Source: Elusimicrobiota bacterium
GTDB lineage: Bacteria; Elusimicrobiota; Elusimicrobia; UBA1565
DNA: 64,000 bases
Assembly (NCBI GenBank): GCA_043827405.1
Contig: JBDRPD010000001.1
Span: forward strand, 489-64,488
Direction: 5' to 3'
The translations under genes and the position numbers were made by a program. Under the pieces are notes generated by a model. That model worked only from the letters and a program-made list of their open reading frames with translations, did no database searches and had not been told where the DNA came from. Numbering within the stretch: position 1 is the first letter of the stretch; every line of letters begins with the position of its first letter. Of this stretch, positions 20,901 to 30,000 are shown one piece after another.

Positions 20901-20985
20901 TCTGGCTGACGGTGGCGCGCATGGGCGCGGGGAGCAGCAGGGAAAGGGCGAGCGCCGCCGGCGCGGTCAGCCGCGCGGGGCGCAT
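14878..20985 (-). CDS. Giant secreted surface protein: FN3, beta-propeller repeats, G8-like plus parallel beta-helix, FN3/Ig platform, T9SS/FlgD-like CTD
   Basis: Signal peptide from ATG 20985; repeated D.WL..FD...L propeller blades; N..GI.L beta-helix repeats; C-terminal VYPVPY...IKIYTLAGQLV...WDARNRDGRDVATGGY...RKLLIIR. Confidence 0.85.
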   Translation of the reverse strand: MRPARLTAPAALALSLLLPAPMRATVSQSAGYIDRVNNLGQAGRAMTSASYLETGEAPAVGISSETSTGYSGGGGHTAQRPLPATISDLSVTAVSSSTLSIQWTAPYADVENSTGTAAQYLIRYAQANAIDTDIKFADAVNVSHGLTPQKPTLTETYQIGGLAPNVAYSIVVEAVNDAGVQGERCAASSATTTSPPAPADPEDRIHDLALAPNGSLYAVGQSSRGPPGLDFLIARYDAAMALVSSTTFNGDAGSGHDVAYSVVVDSKNIVFAAGYTTLGNGTLQTWLASFDANLNLISSTTVGETAAQASELLHTDAGKLLLAGTAVNGANTDIWLAQFDKALVFQASAAFNTGLSPSLASGHGLALDLSGNIYLAGDLPPSAGAPTDIWIGKYDSSLVFITSATQAGGGGTADGGASVAVGPNGDVFAAGEIDNGGPNLDAWLGRFNASLALQQSITVDGSAALGSDAAYELEIGNAGNVVLAGQATESAGAANAWYAEYSRVLVLQSSATFDGAGGTDAAYTVALDTTANTAYVAGQRGAANPDIWISSFTIAPPPSACSDLSSIQSGPWSALSTWYPPFIPTACNAVTVSPGDIVSLDVSTGTASTTTILGTLYFDRVENSSLTIVAGDLTVGSGGHLDMGTSGDAIPSGIKAELVLALGSTAGEFGLIVSPGGDFTARGAAKYPYGFAVNPLPAGEVGLLIAASSATGWAVGDDILIGPTAGNGTATAETRTITSITGTNPLTISWSGGLAAARTQSSTTPIVAANLSRNVSVRSAGTDSAANAAYVRNLATNATSFAVVDALFSELGANASGKYGVTFDGGGVAGSISSAVFRGGFNGLRFSGSSSHTLVGLVFHAGADAGLVFDNASVGSDVYGSVAGGNGAYGILLTNGADHNRLANNHAFSNTSAGILVSNSRFNHLRGNRSYANGVQGIWLQSADSNTLLDNNVYTNASTGLLTDSGSDNNMLIGNPTFANASHGLRISGGANLLARGNTFANSGAGLFIDGAANAVFANGGIGYNAQGAAFPNTAGEVMFNAGGVENLTLKAARVHPAGGIATTGFDTQGTYLLSYHQDYATGTARFYGSHEISGSTWTFDYTAPLYASTATVPRAMRGPNHSLAVTQTYDATVVSQLITFEYRDNQWHVDGSSSGVDMHIFAGNLSGIDIPAASPLFRVNFTGAATPLEGDRLEFALVSTPQDSNKQKRFLFGPAASSLNAGRSKLTVAPSGGLQLLGANAAYTVMDRLNSAATYYSFVSSGAFSARLSSMTNMDGNGIQLSGSAGVLISTAAFDYLGITGATNSYLTVRNLTSNATFYSIAFGMSRDFTAAPFPYNVRVEGANPALAWLFFQSTGAYKGESFDGDPGGLINWADGATRPGTPVGTTLGISSVTWSWTASADAASYNVYRASEPATLLANPSVTTLDEVALETNTAYGIFIEPLHVLGGGPLTPTATIYTLAMPPTGAVTTQIEGSSAAFSWNSNTNPAHTLADIQRSTDNATFTTIATGAVTSYTDFGLLGCTTYYFRIRNLNGDGVPTDFAAIAEFQTLGSTPLAPSGLTAESLSGRRVALNWTPSPDALASQYRLYFDGGTEVVNYSAPLAVFTSTVTTFTTNVLTSSAAYTFGLRAKNSCGTEETNFTVTATAGAADALPDVRASIRSPRSGQKIAGDRVTIAADITQGAAESVSKVLFQYKHSTDTVWIDIPPASDSNPNPDTTYPYLVHWDVKTLPLPATGYNLRAVATDRSAAADPAPPSVLIEVDPANWDINENSQAGGARVKLQQVINNGALSSVRAADPSKAQVTRLSIPAGALNESTKTVTITNNPTTTPAARSDVTPIGTSVEITLTPSQTDLSGGQTATLSIGYPDEDGDGFVDGTSVRASELKIYYYDAAAGSWTRDFASTADTRNRTVTGETPHFSIFALFAPKHSDLGSILVYPVPYRPNNTLTDDGVPYASGNPNSGIIFDLLPEGTSIKIYTLAGQLVTDLNSVASGRIQWDARNRDGRDVATGGYVAVIKSGGQEAIIRKLLIIR

Positions 20986-21024
20986 TGGACTACCTTTCTC
21001 TTTGCTGTTCAAATTCCGGTTCCG

Positions 21025-22461
21025 TTAATGCCAGACCGTCCCGCCGACGCCTGCGCTATCGAAAGCGGAGAGGACGGTATTTGTCGAGACGACCATATTG
21101 ACGCTGTTGCTGCAGTTCGAGCAGAAATACAGGATGCCCGCACGTCCCGGGATCATCGCTTCCAGCTGCGCCTGGGTGCGTGAATAGATGCCGATACCGC
21201 CGGCCACATCCAGCGCCGCGGCGGGAGTCGCTGTGCCGACGCCGACGCGTCCGCCGGTCACGACCAAGGTCGATATGCCGACGGAAAAAGCCGCCGGATC
21301 GCCGTCCACGATGAGAGTTCCCGAGCTCATGTGCAGCAAGGACGCGGGAATCGCCGTGCCCAGACCGAGCCGCCCGGCGCTGGTCAGGATCATCGATGAG
21401 GCGCCGACCTGGAAGGCGACCGGCGCGTTGCCGTTGATGAACAGGGTGCCGGAGCTTACGTTGACGACGCCGGTGGCGGCGCCGAAGCCCGGAATCAGGA
21501 CCACGCTGCCGCCGGGCGCGGTGCCGGAGCCGCCGCCGCCGGTGATGACGACGTGGCCGCCGGGGATATTGTTGCCCGCGCCCTGGGAGGCGCCGCTGCG
21601 TACCTGGATCTCGGCGCCGGAGGCATTGATGCCGGTGGAGGCGCCGCGGATAATGACCGTCGAAGTGCTGGCCGCCGGGGAGTCGACGTCGACGTTGCCG
21701 CTCTGGATCAGGACGTTGCCGCCGGCCGCGTTGTTGCCGTCGCCGGCCAGCAGGCGGATGTCGCCGCCGCGCGTGCCGTTGGAGATGCCGCCGTCGTTGC
21801 CTTTGCCGCCGATGATGGTGAAGGAGCTGCCGTCGACCGCCGAGCCGCTGCGCGGCAGGATGATCTCGAGCGGCTTGGCCGTCGACTGCGTCAGGTCCTG
21901 GACGCGCGAGATGCCGCTCTCGGTGAGATGGTAGATCCCCGTTTTGAACCGCGCCGCGGTGAAGCTGGAGTTGGTATTGGTAAAGTCGTAGGTGCCGGCG
22001 AGGGTTCCGGTCGCGATATCGTTGGTGATCGTCGCGGTGTCGGCCCTAAGGGCTTGGAACGCGTAGCCGGCCGCCTGCACGCGCATGCGGGGGGCGAGCG
22101 CCTCGAAAGTGCCGACGCAGTCGCCGTCGGCGTCCACCTGCCGCTCGAGCCAGACGGCGTCATTGTTCTGAAAGATCGCGGCGGTGATGCCGCCCGATGT
22201 CGAGCCGATCTCCACGTCGAAGCGTCCTTTGGTCACGCTCAAGTTGCAGCGCGTTTCCGTAAACAGCGGCGCGGAGCAGTCGCCGCTTTCCGTGGCGCAG
22301 AGCAGGAACTTCATGTCCGTGGGCGTGTCCAGGGGCTGCAGCGTGGACTTGTCCAGGAGAAATCCCTGGTAGTTGATGGTCGGCGTGATGCCGGCGCGTG
22401 CGGTGCCGGTCCACAGCAGCGACGCGGCCAGGATGAGAAATAGAGTGCTGTTCTTTTTCAT
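21025..22461 (-). CDS. Secreted tail-fibre-like (trimeric beta-fibre) protein
   Basis: GAGGAG RBS, signal peptide, TINYQG..L N-terminal domain, Gly-rich GG.V.I..G repeats, GRLGLGTAIP and GRVGVGTATP..ALDV fibre repeats. Confidence 0.7.
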   Translation of the reverse strand: MKKNSTLFLILAASLLWTGTARAGITPTINYQGFLLDKSTLQPLDTPTDMKFLLCATESGDCSAPLFTETRCNLSVTKGRFDVEIGSTSGGITAAIFQNNDAVWLERQVDADGDCVGTFEALAPRMRVQAAGYAFQALRADTATITNDIATGTLAGTYDFTNTNSSFTAARFKTGIYHLTESGISRVQDLTQSTAKPLEIILPRSGSAVDGSSFTIIGGKGNDGGISNGTRGGDIRLLAGDGNNAAGGNVLIQSGNVDVDSPAASTSTVIIRGASTGINASGAEIQVRSGASQGAGNNIPGGHVVITGGGGSGTAPGGSVVLIPGFGAATGVVNVSSGTLFINGNAPVAFQVGASSMILTSAGRLGLGTAIPASLLHMSSGTLIVDGDPAAFSVGISTLVVTGGRVGVGTATPAAALDVAGGIGIYSRTQAQLEAMIPGRAGILYFCSNCSNSVNMVVSTNTVLSAFDSAGVGGTVWH

Positions 22462-22647
22462 CGTAGTGCTCCTCGACAAGCCATATATAACGGCATCGGG
22501 CTAAATATATTTAAGCCCGGAAAGAATAATAATCAAGATGCGGCGCTGCCCGCGAATTCCCCTTACTAAAGAGGAAGCGCGTCAATATTCTGGGATATCA
22601 TCGTTACAGGCCCGTTACAGCCGTGTTGCGATTTTGCGCTATAAATT

Positions 22648-24024
22648 TCAGTCTTTCTGGTGGGTGCGCCGGCGTTTAAGCTGGCGGACGCTGCGGTTGA
22701 TGTCGGCGCGGGAGGCGGCCGACGGTCCGGCCTGGAGGGCTTTGAGGAAGAACTGCAGGGCGCGGTCGAACTCGCCCTCTTTGACCAGGCACCGGCCGAT
22801 GCCGGCGTAGGCGTCCGCGACCGCGGCGCCGCCGAGACTGAGCTGGATCGCGATCTTGATGCCTTCCTGATAGTACGTCTTCGCTTGGTAGAGGCGGTTG
22901 CGGCGCAAAGCGATCGTGCCCAGCCGCTCGCGGTAGCGCACGCGTTTGATATCGTCGGATCGAATATGCGGTTCGAGCGCCTCCAGCTCCTCTTGGGCCG
23001 CCTCCAGCATGCCCATCTCCATAAACTCGTCGACGACATCGAAGTCGTCGGACGCGGCGAGCTTGGCCGGACGCTCCAGGCGCTGGGAGCCGCGCTTGGG
23101 GAGGCGCCGCAGGGGGATGCCGCCTTCCCAGCGGGCCGTTACGCTGAAGCGGTGGGTGAGTCCCAGGTCGCCGTAGGGAGCGAAGGCGTAGTCGAAAGCG
23201 AAGTTCTTGTGAATCCAGCCGATGCCCGCCGTGACCCGCGGTCCGGTATCGCTGCGCGTGGTGAAGCCGAGGCGCAGCGGCATGGCCGGCGCCAGGCGGG
23301 TCTCGACGCCGAAGGCGACAAGCAGGGCGTCGGAGCGCTCCTTCGACAGGTCGAGAGATACCGTATGCTCTTTGTCGCGGTACAAGATGTCGTAGGCGGC
23401 GCCGAGCCGGACATTGAGCGGCAGGCTTTCGCGCTTATCGAGGAATTGGACGGTGGGTCCGATGTTCTGGACCGCCGTTCCCAGCCGGAAATCGGGGTAG
23501 GACTGGCTGTTGTAGAGGACGCCCAGGTCCAGCGCGTAGCCTTCGGCCGAGATGCGGTCGATGCTTTCGCGCACGAACTTCACGCCGGCTCCGAAATTGA
23601 AATCGTCGCTGTAGGCCCAGCCGTAGCCCGCTCCCGCCATAATGTCCGACATGCCGGTGCGCCCCAGCCCGGTGCCGGTGGGGTTGTCGAGCGTGGTGCG
23701 CTGCACGTCGCCGAAAGAGAGGTAGTTGAGGTGCAGCCCCCAGCCGCGCGGCGCGGCATAGCCGATGTAGTCCTGGAAGACGCCCTGCGCATGGCTGTTA
23801 TGCATGAAGGTCAGCTCATGGCCGTCGGCCTTGCTCAGGCCCGCGGGGTTGTACTGCAGTGCGTTGGCGTCGACGGCCTGCGCCGTGTAGGCGCCGCCCA
23901 GCGCCGAGGCGCGGGCATTGGCGTCCAGGAAAAGGAAATCGAAGACCTCGCCGCCGGCGGCGCCCGCCGGCGAAAGGCGGGCCCCGCAGAACAGCAGCGC
24001 CATGCTGAGCAGTATCCTCTTCAT
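22648..24024 (-). CDS. PorV/PorQ-family beta-barrel with C-terminal TPR, paralog of 13505..14881
   Basis: FLFLDANARASALGGAY...YNPAGL, FDYAFAPYGDLGLTHRFSVTARW, TPR; ATG 24024 overlaps the cargo stop; also 458 aa. Confidence 0.85.
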   Translation of the reverse strand: MKRILLSMALLFCGARLSPAGAAGGEVFDFLFLDANARASALGGAYTAQAVDANALQYNPAGLSKADGHELTFMHNSHAQGVFQDYIGYAAPRGWGLHLNYLSFGDVQRTTLDNPTGTGLGRTGMSDIMAGAGYGWAYSDDFNFGAGVKFVRESIDRISAEGYALDLGVLYNSQSYPDFRLGTAVQNIGPTVQFLDKRESLPLNVRLGAAYDILYRDKEHTVSLDLSKERSDALLVAFGVETRLAPAMPLRLGFTTRSDTGPRVTAGIGWIHKNFAFDYAFAPYGDLGLTHRFSVTARWEGGIPLRRLPKRGSQRLERPAKLAASDDFDVVDEFMEMGMLEAAQEELEALEPHIRSDDIKRVRYRERLGTIALRRNRLYQAKTYYQEGIKIAIQLSLGGAAVADAYAGIGRCLVKEGEFDRALQFFLKALQAGPSAASRADINRSVRQLKRRRTHQKD

Positions 24025-24043
24025 CGTATGATCAGCAGCTTCC
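24020..24043. repeat. 24-bp cargo/PorV junction identical to 14877..14900
   Basis: Exact match by inspection. Confidence 0.9.
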
Positions 24044-27000
24044 TCACGACCCGTTCCTGTCCGGGGCTTTTGATTACGGCAAAGTAGCCGCCGGAGGCCG
24101 CGTCGCGTCCCGAATCGCCGCGGACGTCCCACTGTGCCCGGCCCGAGTTCCCCGAGTTGAAGGCGGCCACGCGCCGCCCCGAGAGCGTATAGATCGTTAT
24201 CTCCGTGCTTTCCGGCAGCTCGGAGAAGATGATTCCGGAGTTCGCATTGCCGGCACTGAAGGCGACTCCGTCGTTGGGGTCGTCGTTGCCGGGGACGAAC
24301 GGCACCGGGAATACGTTGACCTCGTCGGCGCGCGCATGCGCCGGCGCGGCGAACAGCGCGAAGAAGCTGAAGTGCGGCGTGAGGCCGGTGACGGTATGGC
24401 TGGCCAGATCGACCGTCGAAACGATGTCATCCGTCCATTTCCCGGTCACGACGTCATAGGAGTACATGCGCAGGCTGCTGGCGCTGATGTTCAGCACGTC
24501 GACTCTCCCGTCGTCGTTGTCGTCCGGGTAGGTCAGCGTGATCGCGGCCATTTGGCCGCCGGCGAGGTCGGTCTGCTGGTTCGAGAGCGTGATCTCGACG
24601 CTGACCCCGGCCGACACCAGGTCCGTTCCCGTCGCCGGCAGGCTCGTCGGGTTATTGGTGACGCTCGCCGTTACCGTGGAGGCGCTGAGCGCTCCGGCGG
24701 GAATGACGATTCTGACCAGCTTCTCGGACGACTTGTCCGCCGCCTGGATGGTGTTCTGCGTCCCGTTGTTGATGACCTGCTCGACGACGGTATCGCTGCC
24801 GTTGAAGCTCTCGCTGACGTCGAACTCCGCGCTCGCGGTTTTGCTGATCGTTATGCTGGGAGGCGTCGGGTCGGCGGTCAGCGCGATATCGGTCGCGACG
24901 GCGCGCAGATCGTACGCGGTGGCGGACATGGCGTCGATGTTCCACTGAACGAAGTAAGGGAATATGCGGTCCGGGTTGGGATGCTCGGCATCGGCCGCCG
25001 GGATATTCCGCCATACGCTCTCCGTGGAGACCTTATACTGGAACAGAACCTCCCGCGTCTGCAGCGGAACGCCGAGGCGGAGCTCGGCGGCGACCGTCAG
25101 GCGGTTGCCCTTTACCCGCTGTCCGCTTAACGGCGAGCTGACGGCGGCGCGCACGGCGGGTAAAGTGTCAGCGGCCCCCGCCGCCGCGGTGACATGGGTG
25201 TTGGTCTCCTCCATCCCGCAGACGTTGAGGGCGCGCAGGCCGAAGACGTAGGCGGCGCTGGATGCCAGGACGTTGGTCGTAAAGCTCGTCGCCGTCGAGG
25301 CCAGCACCGCCAGCGGCGCGCCGTAGTCGACGCTGCCGTCTCCCGCGTCGTAGTAGAGGCGGTAGGCCGCGATCTGCGAACTCGGCGAGGGCGTCCAGCC
25401 GAGCGCGATGCGCCGCCCCGTCAGGCTCTCGGCCGTAAGCGCCCCCGGCGCCGCCGGGGTGGAGTTCGCGGTCATGAATTGCAGCGTCGTGTCGTACGCC
25501 GTCGTGATGCCGTCGCCGTTGATGTTGCGCACACGGAAGTAATAGGTGGTGCACCCGAGCAGCCCGTAGTCGGTGTAGCCCGCCGCCGCCACGGAGGCCA
25601 GCAGGCCGAACGCCGCGTTGTCGGTCGACCGGTACAGCTGCGCCTGCGTCCCCGCCGGATTGCCGTTGAGCCCCCAGCTGAGCACGGCGCTCGAGCCTTC
25701 CACCGTATCGGCCGCGGTTCCCGTCGGCGGGGCGGCCAAGGTCGTTGCCGAGCCGCTCGCCGAGGCGGAACCTGTGCCGCCCGCGCCCCAGCCTTCGGCG
25801 TAGACCTGATACCGGGTGTTGGGGACGAGGTACGCCTGCGTGAGCGCGGCCGCCGCCGTCGTTCCGATCACGGTCGCATGATCGGTGGAGAGGCGCAGGC
25901 GGTAGCCGTCGGCGCGGGCGGCGGCCGACCAGGTCCAGCTGATCGAGGAGATGCCGAGCACGCTGCCCGCGGGCTGTCCGGGGGCGGCGGGGGGCGGCGG
26001 CAGGGTGGTGGTCGTCACCGCGGTATCGAACGCCGTGACGACGCCGCCGTTGCCGAGCGTTCGTACCTTGAAGAAATAGGAGGTCGTGGAGGCCAGGCCT
26101 TCCGCGAGGTGCGCGCTGGTGGTTACGACGGTCTTGACCGGCGCTGGGAAGGTGATGTTTTCGTCGCGCCAGACCTCGTAGGAGGTGCCCGGTTCGGCGT
26201 TGCCGTTGGGCGACCAGTCGATGTAGGCCGAGACGCCCGTTACGTACTGCGCCGCCGTGGCCGTCGGGGCGTTGGCCGCGGTGGAGGTCGAACCGAAATC
26301 GACATAGACGCTGATGCTGTTGAGGCCGACCGCGCGGACGCGCAGATAGTGGGTGGTGTTGGCCTGCAGGGCCGGGCCTTCGCCGCCGGCGCCGAAGGCG
26401 GCGCTGGTATTGCGGGTCATGGAGCTGGCGTTGATGGAGGTGAAGCCGTCGGTGGACAGCTGGGCTTCATAGGAAGTGCTCGGGCCGTTGCCGCCGGAGG
26501 TCCAGCGCCCGGACAGCGCGTTGGTTACGACGCCGGAGAATATCGTCGTGTCGACGCCCGGCGGCAGCAGCAAGGTCGCCGTCGTCGGCAGTACGGTGTA
26601 GAGCGAGCCGGAGCCGTTATGGCCGAGCGCCTGGACGCGGAAGGAATAGGTGGTGTTGGCCGTCAGTCCGCCGAACTCGACGGAGGTGTAGGGCGTGCGG
26701 CTGGAAGTGTGGAGCGTGGTGAATTCGTCGGTGGAAAGCTCGATATTGTAGAGCGTGCCGGCCGGGCTGCCGTCGGCGTCCCAACGCGCCGTGATCGTGC
26801 TGAAGGTGATGCCGGTGGGATCGAGCGGCAGCGGCCGCGCGGCCTTGGTCGGCGTGCCGGGCGGGCTCGCCGGCGCGCTGTACGTTCCGCCGTGATCGAC
26901 GGCGCGGATGCGGACAAAATAAGTGGTGTTGGGGATGAGATCGCCGCCCGAGCCGCCGGAGCCGAACAGCACCGAGAGGTTGCGCGTCATCGAACTGACG

Positions 27001-30000
27001 TTGGCGGTCGTGAAGTCGTCGGTGGAGAGCGCGGCGTCGTAGAGCGTGCCGTCCGGATTGCCGTTCGCCGTCCAGGTCACGCTGATCGAGGTTACGTCCA
27101 CGGCCGCCAGCGTTCCATTGTCGGGCGGACGGGCCAGCGTAAACGAGCGGCCGAGGTCGGTGTAGGGCGTCGCGGCGCCGTTGCGGTTGACGGCGCGGGC
27201 GCGGACGTAGTGCGTGGCGTTGGTCTGCAAATCTTCACCGGCGCCGCCCGCGCCGAAGAGCACCGATGTTTCGCGCGTCGCGGAGGTGAGGTTGACGGTC
27301 GCGAAGCCGTCGGTCGAGAGCTGTACCTGATAGGATGTGCCGGCGGGATTGCCGCCGGCGTCCCAGTGGGCGCGGACGGCGTCGGCGGCGATATCGCTGA
27401 AATAGCCGGCGCCGGGAGCGGCGGCGAAGGTCGCGTCGGTCGCGCCGACGACGATGTAGTGGGCGCGGCCGCCGTGGCTGAGCGCGCCGACGCGGAAGTA
27501 GTACGACGTGTCGGGCGACAGCCCCGCCGCCGTCAGCGTGCTCAGCTCGACGTTGGCGGTAATTGAGGAAATCAGGATGCCGCCGAAGGCCGTGTCCGTT
27601 CCCGCTTCCAGCACATAGCCTTCGCAGGTATCGGTAGGGGGGGCGGTCGGCAGCGGGACCCAGTTCAGGGTGACGCTGGTGATATGGAGCCCGGCGAACT
27701 GGCCGCCGCCGACGGGGTTCGGGAGAGTCGCGACGGTAATGGTAGCGGCGTAGACCAGCAGCGAGGAGTGGCCGGCGGCGACGCGCAGGTAATGGGTCGT
27801 ATTGGTCTGCAGGTTGAACACGGTGAGAGATTCGACCAGGTCGTTGGCGGTCGACGATGATTCCACCGTGCCGCCGAAATCGGCGGCCGACGACGACTCC
27901 AGCAGGTAGCCGTTGTTGGCAAAGACGGAGAGCCAGGTGATGGTAATGCTCGAGGGGTAGACGGCGCCGACGGCCGGCGAGTCCGGCGGCGGGTCGGTCG
28001 ACAGGGTCGCGGCGTTCGGGAGAGCGGCGTAGCCGGTTTCGGCGTTCTCGCGGTTGCGCGCCTTAACGCGGAAGTAGTAGGTCGTGCTGTTTGTCAGGCC
28101 GGTGAAGCGGAAGTCGAAACCCGTGAGCCAGCCGCTGGCGGCGACGCCGGAGGTGAACCCTGCGTCGGCGGCGATCTCGGCGCTGTATTCGGTGCCGGCG
28201 GGGTTGCCGTTCGCGCCCCAGTGGGCGCGCAGCGCGGTCGGGGAAAAGCCGCTGTGCGGCTGCGGCTCCGGCAGCGCCGCCAGCGTGATCTCGGACGGGA
28301 GGGCCGCGGCCGCGGTGGTTCGTCCGGCGCCGTTGCGGGCGCGGACCCGGAAATAGTGCGTGGCGTTGGGCGCCAGGCCGGTGAACGCATGGGCCAGCGC
28401 GGCGGCCCAGCCGGAGTCCGCCTGTACCTGTGCGAAGCCTTGGTCGTCCGCTCTTTGCGCCTGGTACTCCACCGCCGACGGGTTGCCGTTCGCCGTCCAC
28501 TGGACGGTAACCGATGCCGCCTGGACGTCGCTGGCGGCGGCGGCGCCGGGCGTATTGGCCAGGGTATAGGTGGTGACGGCGGCGGTGTAGGCGCTCGCGA
28601 TGCCGCCGTGATTGACGGCTTGGATGCGGTACTGGTAGGAAGTGCCGGGGGTGAGCGCCGAGCCCTCGCCGCCGGCGCCGAAGAGGGCGGTGGAGCCGGA
28701 GGTGGCCGAGCTGGCGAAGACGCCGGCGAAGCCGTCGCTGGATATCTCGGCCGCGTAGCGGGTGCCGGCCGGGTTGCCGTTGGCGGTCCAGTTGACGGTC
28801 AGGGCGTCCGCGGCGGCCGCGGGGGGCGCGGCGGCCGGCGCTTTGGTCAGCGTGACCGCGTCCGGCAGCGACGCGAGCGTAGTTTCCTCGAGCTTGGCGC
28901 TGCGCGCCTTGACGCGGAAATAGTAGGTCGTGTTGACCGCCAGCCCGCCGAAGGCGTGGCTGGTCGCCGTGATCCAGCCGGAGTTCGCGGGCGAGGAGAA
29001 GCCCGGATCCGTGTCCCGCTCGGCGTAGTACTCCGTATTGGCCGCGTTGCCGTTGGCCGACCAGGCGGCGGTGACGTTGTTCTCCGTGATGCTCAGCGGC
29101 GGGGCGCTCACGGGCCGGGCGGCGTGGGTAAGTGTCGACGAGAGAACGGTCGCCGCGGACTCGGTCGCGGCGCCGTTGCGCGCGGCGACGCGGAAGTAGT
29201 AGGTGGCGTTGCTTACCAGGCCGGTGAAGGCATGGCTGGTGGTGTAGATCCAGCCGCTGGAGGTGCGGCCGAGCGTGAAGGCCGCGTCGTTGGCGCGCTC
29301 GGCGAGGAACTCGGTCATGTCCGGGTTGCCGTTCATCAGCCAGTTGGCGGTAACCGAGCTTTCGCCGACGCCGGATAAGGCGGCGGCCTCGGGGCTGGCG
29401 GCCAAAGTGTAGTCCGCGTTCAGCGGGACGCTGGAGGTTTCGACGCCCTGGTGGCTGCGCGCGCGTACCCGGAAATAATACGGGGTGTTGACCGTGAGGT
29501 CGGTGAACGCTTCGCTGGTATCCGTCGTCCAGGCTCCCGCGTTCAGGTTGGAGGTAAAGTCCGCGTCCTCGGCGATTTCGGCGAGATATTGCGTGCCCGC
29601 CGGATTGCCCGCGGCGCTCCAGTTGGCCGTCAGCGCGCTGTCGGTATGACCCGAGAACGCCGCCGCCTGCGGCGCCAGGGCGAGGGTCGCCGTCGTCGGC
29701 AGATCGAGCGCCGAGGTCTCGACCTGCGCCGCGCTCCGGGCCTTGACGCGGAGGTAGTAGGTGGTATTGACCGCCAGCCCCGCGAACTCGTAGCTCAGGG
29801 CCGTTGTCCAGCCGCTGCCGACGGCGTCGCCGTAGCCGCTGTCGGCGGCGCGCTCGGCGTAGTATTCGATGCCGGCGGGGTTGCTGTTGGCGGTCCAGTT
29901 GGCGGTCACGGCAACCGAAGAAACGCCGGTCGGTTCGGCCGATCCCGGTTGCGCGATGGTCGTCGCCTGCGCGGGCAGGGCGGTGACGGCGGTCTCGGCG

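Noticed and set aside
21025-22461. Prophage tail gene
   Set aside because: It has a Sec signal peptide and no phage structural, integrase or replication genes nearby
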